From an uncultured Zetaproteobacteria bacterium (GTDB lineage: Bacteria > Pseudomonadota > Zetaproteobacteria > Mariprofundales > Mariprofundaceae), in NCBI GenBank assembly GCA_964517705.1, contig CAZFCL010000001.1, forward strand, positions 1-36,239: 36,239 bases of DNA, given 5' to 3'. Under the pieces are notes generated by a model. That model was not told where the DNA came from, made no database searches, and saw only the letters and a program-made list of their open reading frames with translations. Below, piece after piece: positions 1-8,032 of the stretch (its first letter is position 1; every line of letters starts with the position of its first letter). The translations under genes were made by a program, and so were the position numbers.

Positions 1-272
1 GTGTTGGAGTATAGGGGCTGGCTGGCAAACAACCACTGGAGAACTTTTAATTATATACTGAGTAAGAAAAAAGGCGGCTTCATAGGCTAGTAACAACTGG
101 CTCCATTCACTGCTTAGCTTGCATGGGCAACTCTCACCCACTCCCCGGCAGTATCGCCATAAACACCGGTGGTTGAGAGGTAACCGGCCCATTTTAGATT
201 AGAGAATTTCGGAGTGATCTTTGGCAACCACTGTAGTTGCGGTGCCGCCAACCCTGATGCAACTCGACTCAT
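1..272 (-). pseudogene. Degraded fragment of an atypical/extended SDR (NAD-dependent epimerase/dehydratase-like) gene
   Basis: Manual translation of 272..114 (52 aa) gives ...NLKWAGYLSTTGVYGDTAGEWV..., matching the family motif YLSTTGVYGD-x3-WVDE. After a frameshift the frame continues SCPCKLSSEWSQLLLAYEAAF...PVVV, resembling the usual SPxxPxSxRxxxRLxAExxW...PVxxxR. No N-terminal Rossmann motif is visible. Confidence 0.75.
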
Positions 273-318
273 TTCCTAGAACCTAGTTACTCCACCACAA
301 ACAGCAATTGCATAGAAC

Positions 319-355
319 TTGCCGAGTCACACTAGCAGACTTACTCTGCTAGTAT
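319..355 (+). promoter_or_regulatory. Putative sigma70 promoter for the nucleotidase gene, overlapping a 9-bp inverted repeat
   Basis: TTGCCG (319-324)-17 bp-TACTCT (342-347), or an extended -10 TGcTAGTAT (347-355) ending 6 nt before ATG 362. Inverted repeat ACTAGCAGA (331-339)/TCTGCTAGT (345-353). Confidence 0.45.
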
Positions 356-361
356 CTGCTT

Positions 362-988
362 ATGCCCTTTGATCTAGCTGTCATTGACCTCGACAACACC
401 CTCTACGCCGCTGATAGCGGAGTGTTTGGCCGTATGGATAAGCGGATGACTGCCTATGTTGCCGATCAACTTGGTGTAGAGAGCGAAGAGGCAGACAAGC
501 TGCGTGTAAAATACTGGAAAAAGTATGGCACCACACTGCGCGGCATGATGCTGCATCATGATATGGAGCCAGAGGGGTTCCTGCACGATGTGCATGATAT
601 AAATGCCCATGAGATTCTAGAAAAAGACGGTGCACTTGATGCAGCACTTGGCCGACTTCCGGGGCGGAAAGTTATTCACACCAACGGTATTCGTGAACAT
701 GCTGAGCGGGTGCTGGCAGCACTTGGCATCGCCCACCATTTTGAGTGTATCTACGACATCCGCTTTAATGACTACATTCCCAAACCTTGCAAGGAAACAC
801 TGGCGCTATTGATCGAGAATGAAGGATGTGACCCAGAACGAACACTGGTGGTAGACGATATGCCGGAGAATCTGCGGGTAGCGCGCGATCTAGGCTGCAG
901 AACAGTATGGATCACACATGAGCCTGATGGCCACTGGGACTATCATATCCCACACTTTCATCATCTGCCGGAGATACTCGGAAAATAA
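362..988 (+). CDS. HAD-superfamily pyrimidine 5'-nucleotidase (SDT1-like)
   Basis: HAD motifs DLDNTLY, TN, PKP and DD..N, plus the family segment YWKKYGTTLRG. Confidence 0.88.
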   Translation: MPFDLAVIDLDNTLYAADSGVFGRMDKRMTAYVADQLGVESEEADKLRVKYWKKYGTTLRGMMLHHDMEPEGFLHDVHDINAHEILEKDGALDAALGRLPGRKVIHTNGIREHAERVLAALGIAHHFECIYDIRFNDYIPKPCKETLALLIENEGCDPERTLVVDDMPENLRVARDLGCRTVWITHEPDGHWDYHIPHFHHLPEILGK

Positions 989-1011
989 AAGAGCCGGCAG
1001 TAGCCGGCTCT
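982..1011 (-). terminator. Intrinsic terminator downstream of rho, between convergent genes
   Basis: Perfect stem AGAGCCGGC (990-998)/GCCGGCTCT (1003-1011) with a 4-nt loop, followed by a T-rich tract on the minus strand. Confidence 0.8.
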
Positions 1012-1037
1012 CTCACTTACTGACTTTATTCTGATTT

Positions 1038-2597
1038 CTACTGATTCATCTTGTCGAAGAACTCACCATTGTTTTTCGTGGTGCCAAGCTTATCGAGCAG
1101 GAACTCCATTGCATCAATGGTCCCCATCGGTGAGAGAATCTTGCGTAATATCCATATCTTCTGCAGATCTTCGCGAGGCGTAAGCAGCTCCTCTTTCCGC
1201 GTACCAGATGGTGCAATATCAATTGAAGGGAAGACACGTTTATCAGCAAGTTTGCGATCAAGCTTAATCTCCATGTTGCCAGTACCCTTGAACTCTTCGA
1301 AAATCACTTCATCCATCTTGGAACCAGTCTCAATCAAGGCTGTAGCGATAATGGTCAGTGAACCGCCATTCTCAACATTTCGCGCCGCGCCAAAGAATCG
1401 CTTCGGACGATGCAGTGCATTGGCATCCACACCACCCGTCAGAATCTTGCCCGAAGATGGAACAACGGTGTTGTAGGCACGTGCCAGCCTGGTGATGGAA
1501 TCAAGAAGAATCACAACATCCTTGCCTGTTTCAACCAAACGCTTCGCCTTCTCAATCACCATTTCGGAGACCTGAACATGGCGCTGTGCCGGCTCATCAA
1601 AGGTAGAGGAGACCACTTCGCCGCTCACCGAGCGCTTCATATCGGTCACCTCTTCCGGGCGCTCATCAATGAGCAGCACAATTAACTCAACGTCCGGGTG
1701 ATTGGCCTCAATCGAGTGTGCAATCGACTGCATCATCACTGTTTTACCAGTACGTGGCGGTGCCACCAGAAGTGCGCGCTGGCCTTTACCGATGGGTGAA
1801 ACAATATCGATGATACGGCCCGTAATATCCTTTTTGGTCGGATTCTCAACCTCCATGTGGAGGCGCTCATCAGGATAGAGTGGCGTCAGATTATCAAAAA
1901 GAACCTTTGTGCGTGCCTGCTCAGGCGACTGACCATTGGTGGTGTCGACTGTTTTCAGTGCAAAATATTTCTCGCCGCGACGGGGCGCCCGAATCTCACC
2001 AGCAACAGTGTCACCCTTGCGTAGAAAAAAACGGCGAATCTGATGGGATGAGACGTACACATCATCCGGGCCAGAGAGATAGTTGGCATCAGGGGAGCGC
2101 AGAAAGCCAAACCCATCTGGAAGAATCTCAAGCACACCTTCACTGTAAATGGTGCCACTACGTTGACCGTGCGCACGAAGAATGGCGGAAACTTGCTCCT
2201 GCTTGCGCATACCTGCGGCATTATCAATATCATACTGATCGGCAAGCTCCAGAAGCTCTGTAGGTGACTTGGCCGATACCTCTTTCAAATTCAGAGTAAC
2301 GCCTGCCATCTCATCGGATATCTGCTCATCTGCTTCATCCCGATGCCTGCGTTTACTGTTCTTATGATTGCGATCACCCTTGCGGCCACGGCCTCGTCTG
2401 ACCCTCTCCTGACCGCTTCCTTCACCATTTTCCTCACTGCTTTCAGAAGCATCAACCTTCACCTCAGCTTTCACCTCAGTGGAAGGCTCTTCAGCAGCAG
2501 CTTCTGCCTTACGCGCTTTGCGACGGCGTGGCTTCTCTTCGGGAGGATTTGCACTAGAAGTATCTACTTCCTGCGGTGCTTCGATTTTATCAGACAT
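1038..2597 (-). CDS. rho: Transcription termination factor Rho with a ~100-aa N-terminal extension
   Basis: [18 protein letters not shown]-binding domain, PIGKGQR, Walker [35 protein letters not shown] Shine-Dalgarno before ATG 2597. Confidence 0.98.
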   Translation of the reverse strand: MSDKIEAPQEVDTSSANPPEEKPRRRKARKAEAAAEEPSTEVKAEVKVDASESSEENGEGSGQERVRRGRGRKGDRNHKNSKRRHRDEADEQISDEMAGVTLNLKEVSAKSPTELLELADQYDIDNAAGMRKQEQVSAILRAHGQRSGTIYSEGVLEILPDGFGFLRSPDANYLSGPDDVYVSSHQIRRFFLRKGDTVAGEIRAPRRGEKYFALKTVDTTNGQSPEQARTKVLFDNLTPLYPDERLHMEVENPTKKDITGRIIDIVSPIGKGQRALLVAPPRTGKTVMMQSIAHSIEANHPDVELIVLLIDERPEEVTDMKRSVSGEVVSSTFDEPAQRHVQVSEMVIEKAKRLVETGKDVVILLDSITRLARAYNTVVPSSGKILTGGVDANALHRPKRFFGAARNVENGGSLTIIATALIETGSKMDEVIFEEFKGTGNMEIKLDRKLADKRVFPSIDIAPSGTRKEELLTPREDLQKIWILRKILSPMGTIDAMEFLLDKLGTTKNNGEFFDKMNQ

Positions 2598-2753
2598 TTA
2601 TGTACTCCAGATTGAATAGACAGGTTGAATAGAGATTACTCTATGTGTCTTGCTTGAACGATTGAATGGTTAACATATCCTTGCGGATGAGTGGAAAAGG
2701 TCGGAGAGAACCGACAACGGGTGCTATTCAACCACTAGCCTGCCCCCTGTCAA
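2598..2753 (-). promoter_or_regulatory. rho leader with a perfect -35, a short hairpin and a C-rich/G-poor tract
   Basis: TTGACA at 2753-2748 (the matching -10 is weak). Hairpin GTCGG/CCGAC at 2700-2715 followed by CTTTT. The transcript over 2700-2611 has 24 C vs 10 G. Confidence 0.4.
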
Positions 2754-2765
2754 CCCCGAAAGTAG

Positions 2766-3362
2766 TTACAGTGCAAGAATCTGTTGGTGTATTGCGCTCA
2801 CCTGATCCCGAAGGGAGTCCAGCGAACCACTGTTTTCAATCACATAGGAAGCTGAGCTTCTTCGCTCTTCATCACTGCACTGGCGTGCCAAAATGGCACG
2901 GAACGCATCCTCATCACGATCTCCACGAGCCAGCACACGCTGCAAACGAACCTCTTCATCGGCCAGCAGCACGATGACCCTATCCATGCGATCAACACCT
3001 CCCGACTCAAGAAGAACCGATGCCTCGATAATCACATAGGGTGCAACCTGCTCTTCGAGCCACGCCTGCTCTTCCTGCCAAATCAGGGGGTGCATAATTC
3101 GATTAAGCTTGGTCGTTTCGTCACTATCATTGAAGCAGTGTGCAGCAAGTACCGCACGGTTGAGTGACCCATCTGAGTGAAGAAATGAGTTGCCAAAGGT
3201 CTTAACAATTTGCGCTAAACCGTCCGATCCCGGCTGCACAAGATCATGCCCAATCCGATCAAGATCCAGAACCGGCACACCGAGGTTTTCAAAAATAGTT
3301 GCTGCACAGCTCTTGCCGCTACCGATCCCGCCGGTAAGGCCAATGCGTAGCGGCCTACTCAT
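2766..3362 (-). CDS. coaE: Dephospho-CoA kinase
   Basis: IGLTGGIGSGKS P-loop, LNRIMHP, VIENSG. Start placed at 3362 (MSRPLRIG), giving an ATGA overlap with the pilD stop. Confidence 0.95.
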   Translation of the reverse strand: MSRPLRIGLTGGIGSGKSCAATIFENLGVPVLDLDRIGHDLVQPGSDGLAQIVKTFGNSFLHSDGSLNRAVLAAHCFNDSDETTKLNRIMHPLIWQEEQAWLEEQVAPYVIIEASVLLESGGVDRMDRVIVLLADEEVRLQRVLARGDRDEDAFRAILARQCSDEERRSSASYVIENSGSLDSLRDQVSAIHQQILAL

Positions 3363-4123
3363 AGCATGATTCCTGAAAAGCGCAGGTACCATGCAGTAAT
3401 TTCGTTACCGGCCACAAACCAGATGATCCCCGCCAGTGCCAAGTATGGGCCAAATGGAATCTCTGCGCGTATACCGCGGCGTGAAAGAAGTAGAAATGTG
3501 GAGCCGATCACGAGCCCGACAACGGATGATGTGAGGATAATAAATGGTAAGGCCTGCCAACCCATAAATGCTCCGAGCATAGCGAGCAGCTTGAAGTCAC
3601 CATACCCCATGCCTTCACGCCCGGTGATTAGAAGAAACAGCTTCGCCACGAGCCAGAACACCCAGTACCCCGCAACTGCACCAATCAATGCATCCTGCAA
3701 CTGACCAAACCACCACGAAAAAGCGAGCCCCAGCACAATTCCGGGAAAGGTAAGAGCATCAGGAAGAGAGAAGGTTTCCAGATCAATCAGCATCAGGGCC
3801 CAAAGCAAGAATGTAAGTGAGCATGCAGCCAGCAACATCGGCGTAGCACCATAAAGCCAGGCTAGGCCAGCAAAACTTAACCCCATCACCGCCTCTAGGA
3901 AGGGGTAGCGACATGAGATGGGTGCAGCGCAATGGCGACAGCAACCTTTAAGCAACAACCACGAGAAAATGGGAATGTTGTCCCTGAATGCAATCGAGTG
4001 GCCACACGATGGGCAGTGACTAGCCGGGAAAGCAATCGATTCACGGCGTGGAATCCTGTACACGCAAACGTTGGCGAAGCTCCCCATCATAAGCCCCAGA
4101 ATACCAGCTGCGATTGTTAACAT
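3359..4123 (-). CDS. pilD: Prepilin peptidase/N-methyltransferase
   Basis: GSFANVCVYRIP, CPSC...CRHC Zn motif, catalytic Asp in LIDLE and GMGYGDFKL, IPFGPYL. Confidence 0.95.
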   Translation of the reverse strand: MLTIAAGILGLMMGSFANVCVYRIPRRESIAFPASHCPSCGHSIAFRDNIPIFSWLLLKGCCRHCAAPISCRYPFLEAVMGLSFAGLAWLYGATPMLLAACSLTFLLWALMLIDLETFSLPDALTFPGIVLGLAFSWWFGQLQDALIGAVAGYWVFWLVAKLFLLITGREGMGYGDFKLLAMLGAFMGWQALPFIILTSSVVGLVIGSTFLLLSRRGIRAEIPFGPYLALAGIIWFVAGNEITAWYLRFSGIML

Positions 4124-4144
4124 AAGATGTTTGCCTGCAGGGCT

Positions 4145-5338
4145 TTATACAACCGAAGCCATCTGGAAGATAGGCAGATACATGGAGACCACTAGGCCGC
4201 CGATTACAACACCGAGGAATGACATAATTAGTGGCTCCATCAACTGCTGCATATTCTCCACAGCAGTGTCGACCTCCTCCTCATAGAAGTCAGCGATCTT
4301 GGCCAGCATCTCCTCCAGGCTGCCTGTCTGCTCACCGATCGAGATCATCTGGGTTACCATCACCGGAAAAATACCGCTCTCCTCAAGAGGTGCTGCAAGT
4401 GTCTGCCCTTGTGATATGGCATTCTTGGATGAGATAATCACCTCTTCAATCACCACGTTGCCCGAAGTCTCGGCCACAGTATCCATCGCCTCAATGATTG
4501 GCACGCCTGCGGCAGTCAATGTTGAAAATGTGCGGCAGAAACGTGCCACAGCGGCCTTGCGCAGCACATCGCCCAGTATAGGCATCGCCAGAAGCAGTTT
4601 ATCGAGCTGGTAGTGCCCTTTTGGTGTTTTATAGATTGCGCGGATGGCCAGCACGAACAGGATTGGAACACCAACTACCAGATACCAGTACTCCACAAAA
4701 ATATCCGAAATCTGCATGGTGATTTTGGTTGGACCTGGAAGCTCTGCGCCAAAACCTGCAAACATCTCACCAAATACGGGCACCACGAAAATCATCAAAA
4801 TCGCTGTCACAATAAAAGCAACAGCAAGAATGGAGGTAGGGTAAACCATCGCTGACTTTATTTTTCGCTTTAGGGCCAGCGCCTTCTCTTTATAGGTGCA
4901 TAGCCTGAGCAGAATCGAATCCAAGATACCGCCCTGCTCGCCCGCCTCGATTAGTGAACATGTTAACCTATCAAACTCTTTGGGAAACTTGCGCATTGTT
5001 TCCGCCAGCGGATTACCATTTTCAAGACTTTCTCGAACATCGCTTAACAGCTTGTTCATCGCCTTTTTTCCTGAGCCTTTTTCCGCCATCTCAAAGCATT
5101 GAACCAGTGGTAATCCTGCATTTAACATGGTGGAAAGTTGGCGAAAGAAAACCGAAATATCCTTCTCATCCACCTTCTCTGGAATAATGACTATTTCGAT
5201 CGGCTTTTTCTTAACCTTGATATCAATCAGGCCCTGCCGACGTAAAATCGCCGTGGCGATATCGCGATTGTTCGCCTCCATCTCGCCCTTTTGCGATATG
5301 CCCTGCCTATCTTTGGCTTGCCAGACAAAGCTCGGCAT
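4145..5338 (-). CDS. pilC: Type IV pilus inner-membrane platform protein (GspF/PilC family)
   Basis: FFRQLSTMLNAGLPL, GEQGGIL, IKSAMVYP, GEQTGSLEEML, MYLPIF. Start overlaps the pilB stop (TGATG). Confidence 0.95.
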   Translation of the reverse strand: MPSFVWQAKDRQGISQKGEMEANNRDIATAILRRQGLIDIKVKKKPIEIVIIPEKVDEKDISVFFRQLSTMLNAGLPLVQCFEMAEKGSGKKAMNKLLSDVRESLENGNPLAETMRKFPKEFDRLTCSLIEAGEQGGILDSILLRLCTYKEKALALKRKIKSAMVYPTSILAVAFIVTAILMIFVVPVFGEMFAGFGAELPGPTKITMQISDIFVEYWYLVVGVPILFVLAIRAIYKTPKGHYQLDKLLLAMPILGDVLRKAAVARFCRTFSTLTAAGVPIIEAMDTVAETSGNVVIEEVIISSKNAISQGQTLAAPLEESGIFPVMVTQMISIGEQTGSLEEMLAKIADFYEEEVDTAVENMQQLMEPLIMSFLGVVIGGLVVSMYLPIFQMASVV

Positions 5339-7035
5339 CAGTCAGCCACTGTTACCCTGAGGCACTCCTCAAGGGATATCTCACCATTCTTCACTTTCTC
5401 CAGTGCATCCATACGGAGAGTCTTTACACCCATAGAGATGGCGATTTTGTTAATAGCTGTCGAGTTCTCACTGGCATATACCACTTCACGAATATCATCG
5501 GAAACCGGCATCACCTGATAGATACCAACACGCCCCTTATAGCCCGTATTACTGCATGTCTCGCAACCTGTTCCGTGCATCGGTCTATACTGTTCGACCT
5601 CATCCTCAGGGACACCGGCCTGAATCAGGGCTGCGGCCGGGATATCCTCTTCCACCTTGCAGTCCGAGCAGACACGGCGTGCCAGACGCTGAGCAGATAC
5701 AAGATTAACCGCAGAACCAACCAGAAACGGCTCCACACCCATATTCACCAGCCGTGTCATGGTGGAGGGCGCATCATTGGTATGCAGCGTGGCCAAGACA
5801 AGGTGCCCGGTCAGTGCAGCTTTGATGCCGATAGCGGCTGTCTCATAGTCACGAATCTCGCCGATTAGGATGATGTCGGGATCCTGCCGCAGGAACGAAC
5901 GCAACGCGGCAGGAAAGTCAAAACCAATATCGGGCCGAACATTCACCTGATTGATGCCCATGAAGTTAAATTCCACAGGGTCTTCAGCTGTGGAAATATT
6001 CACACCCGGCTGATTCAGTTCGGCAACTGCGGAGTATAGACTTACTGTTTTACCTGAGCCTGTCGGACCTGTTACAAGCACCATGCCATATGGCCTGTTA
6101 ATATTCTCCTTCAGCCATTTCAGTGCCTGTGGCTCATAGCCTAGCTTACTCATATCCAGTTGCAGATTTGAAGGGTCCAACAGCCGCAATACCACCTTCT
6201 CACCAAATAGAGTCGGTAGCACGGAAACACGAAAGTCGACCGTTTTAGTGCTGGAGAGACGCAATTTAATGCGTCCATCCTGAGGCACACGACGCTCGGA
6301 GATATCAAGCTGGGCAAGAATTTTTAGGCGCGAAATCATCGCATCACGCATCGCCATACGCGGACGCATAATCTCATGCAGCACACCATCAACCCGGTAG
6401 CGCACACGCATCACCTTTTCATAGGGCTCAAGATGAATATCCGATGCGCCGTGCTTGATCGCATCAAGCAGGATCAGGTTAATGAGCCGGACAACAGGAG
6501 CTGCCTCTGTTTCGGCAGAGAGTGAAACCTCATCCACATCCCCTTCGGAGGTATCAACGACTTCAATACCCATTGCGCCAATATCATCCATCGCATCCTG
6601 AAGGTGTGCATCAGTATCGCCCAGCGCATCAAGCTTCTTAACAAGGTCACTTTCAGCAGCAACAGAGAGAGAGACCTGCTTTCCACTAATAAATGAAATC
6701 TCATCCAGCGCATTAATGTCATAGGGATCAGCAACGACGAGCTTAAGGAGACTACCTTCCTGTGTAAGTGGCAAGGCAACATTTTTTCGCAAAATATCAA
6801 ATGGAAGATTGGAGAGTTCCGCATCAATCTCTACTTTGGCCAGATCCACCACTGGGCAACTAAATGTGCGTGCAATAAACGCAACCAGCTCTTCCTCGGT
6901 GAAAAAACCATTCTTAACCAGCTGCGCCGTCAAAGTAGTGCCGTTGACTCTTACATCACGCAAAACCTGATCGAGCTGTTCTCTGGTGATTCGGCTCTGT
7001 CGCAAAAGAATATCGCCAAGACGAGAGCTGACCAT
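5338..7035 (-). CDS. pilB: Type IVa pilus assembly ATPase
   Basis: ASDIHLEP, Walker A TGPTGSGKT, AEDPVE, LRQDPDIILIGEIRD, His box, CxxC...CxxC. Start placed at 7035 (GGAGG SD, TAATG overlap with the aroE stop). Confidence 0.95.
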   Translation of the reverse strand: MVSSRLGDILLRQSRITREQLDQVLRDVRVNGTTLTAQLVKNGFFTEEELVAFIARTFSCPVVDLAKVEIDAELSNLPFDILRKNVALPLTQEGSLLKLVVADPYDINALDEISFISGKQVSLSVAAESDLVKKLDALGDTDAHLQDAMDDIGAMGIEVVDTSEGDVDEVSLSAETEAAPVVRLINLILLDAIKHGASDIHLEPYEKVMRVRYRVDGVLHEIMRPRMAMRDAMISRLKILAQLDISERRVPQDGRIKLRLSSTKTVDFRVSVLPTLFGEKVVLRLLDPSNLQLDMSKLGYEPQALKWLKENINRPYGMVLVTGPTGSGKTVSLYSAVAELNQPGVNISTAEDPVEFNFMGINQVNVRPDIGFDFPAALRSFLRQDPDIILIGEIRDYETAAIGIKAALTGHLVLATLHTNDAPSTMTRLVNMGVEPFLVGSAVNLVSAQRLARRVCSDCKVEEDIPAAALIQAGVPEDEVEQYRPMHGTGCETCSNTGYKGRVGIYQVMPVSDDIREVVYASENSTAINKIAISMGVKTLRMDALEKVKNGEISLEECLRVTVAD

Positions 7036-7919
7036 TACTGCGCCTCCCAACCAGGAAGCGTGGTAGTACACCTTCCCAACTGTTTCTCTACATTACGCAG
7101 AGTGTGCATCAATCCGGGACGCTCGCACCCATGCCACCATGCAAATGCTTCGGCCCCTTGTGCAATCAGCATCGGCAACCCGTCCACTGCAATGCGAGAC
7201 GATTCGCGCGAAGCCTTGCAAAATGCAGTTTCACCATCCGGTTGATAAACGACATCAATAGCCACTCCCTCCCCACTCAGTGTAAATGGAAACTGTTGGC
7301 CTGATTCTAGCCCGACAGAAGTACTATTCACCAGCAACTCTGCTTCATCACAGGCTTCTGTCACCGCCTGTTGTTCCCATGCAATGGGGGAAATATTCAT
7401 GTTGGGGTAGTTGTTTCGAGCCGCCTCTACAAACGTAGACAGACGATCAGCATTACGATTACATATATAAACACTTTTCAGGCCTAATGATGACAGCGCA
7501 TGTAGTACGGCACGCGCCGTGCCACCTGCACCAAACAGAAGTGCCGACCTTCCCTGCAAAGGAGCTCCCAACCCCTCCACCACTGCCGCAAAACCACACC
7601 AATCGGTGTTAGTCGCCTTCCAACCATCATAAGAGCGACGTACTGTATTGACCGCCCCTATCAGGCTGGCATCGTGATCTGAGGAGACCAGATTAAACAC
7701 AGCCTCCTTATGTGGGACAGTGACATTAAATCCCTCAACCCCTAAGGCATGTAGCCCTGCTATCGCCTCAGAGAGCCGATCAGGCTCGACTGCAAAGGGA
7801 AGATAGACCGCATTGACCTTCTTCTTCTCAAGAAAAGATGCCTGGAAAAGCAGTGAAAGCGAATGTTTCACTGGCCATCCAATAATGCCGTAAAGTTGTG
7901 TCGATCCGTCAATACTCAT
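7035..7919 (-). CDS. aroE: Shikimate dehydrogenase
   Basis: IIGWPVKHSLS, GFNVTVPHKE, GAVNT, NTD, GAGGTARA, NRN, DGLPMLIAQG. Confidence 0.95.
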   Translation of the reverse strand: MSIDGSTQLYGIIGWPVKHSLSLLFQASFLEKKKVNAVYLPFAVEPDRLSEAIAGLHALGVEGFNVTVPHKEAVFNLVSSDHDASLIGAVNTVRRSYDGWKATNTDWCGFAAVVEGLGAPLQGRSALLFGAGGTARAVLHALSSLGLKSVYICNRNADRLSTFVEAARNNYPNMNISPIAWEQQAVTEACDEAELLVNSTSVGLESGQQFPFTLSGEGVAIDVVYQPDGETAFCKASRESSRIAVDGLPMLIAQGAEAFAWWHGCERPGLMHTLRNVEKQLGRCTTTLPGWEAQ

Positions 7920-7927
7920 GCTTCGTC

Positions 7928-7956
7928 AGCATAGAAACAGTCACCTAGCCTGTCAA
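7928..7956 (-). promoter_or_regulatory. Near-consensus sigma70 promoter for aroE-pilBCD-coaE
   Basis: TTGACA (7956-7951)-17 bp-TATGCT (7933-7928), ending 8 nt before ATG 7919. Confidence 0.7.
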
Positions 7957-8032
7957 AGGTAACCTTCACACCTGATGCCATCTAGAAAACTATATGTCTC
8001 TACTTCCTCTGTCAGTTAGAAGAGCGTCACAC

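Noticed and set aside
131-179. Imperfect long hairpin (CTCTCA...TGAGAG) as a possible ncRNA or riboswitch
   Set aside because: It lies on the STTGVYGDTAGEWV coding remnant and shows no recognisable RNA family motif.
14-297. GGGGCTG...CTCCACCA resembling tmRNA ends
   Set aside because: The acceptor stem pairs for only 4 bp, there is no T-arm or GGATTCGAC, and there is no tag ending in AA. The region is better explained as the minus-strand SDR pseudogene.
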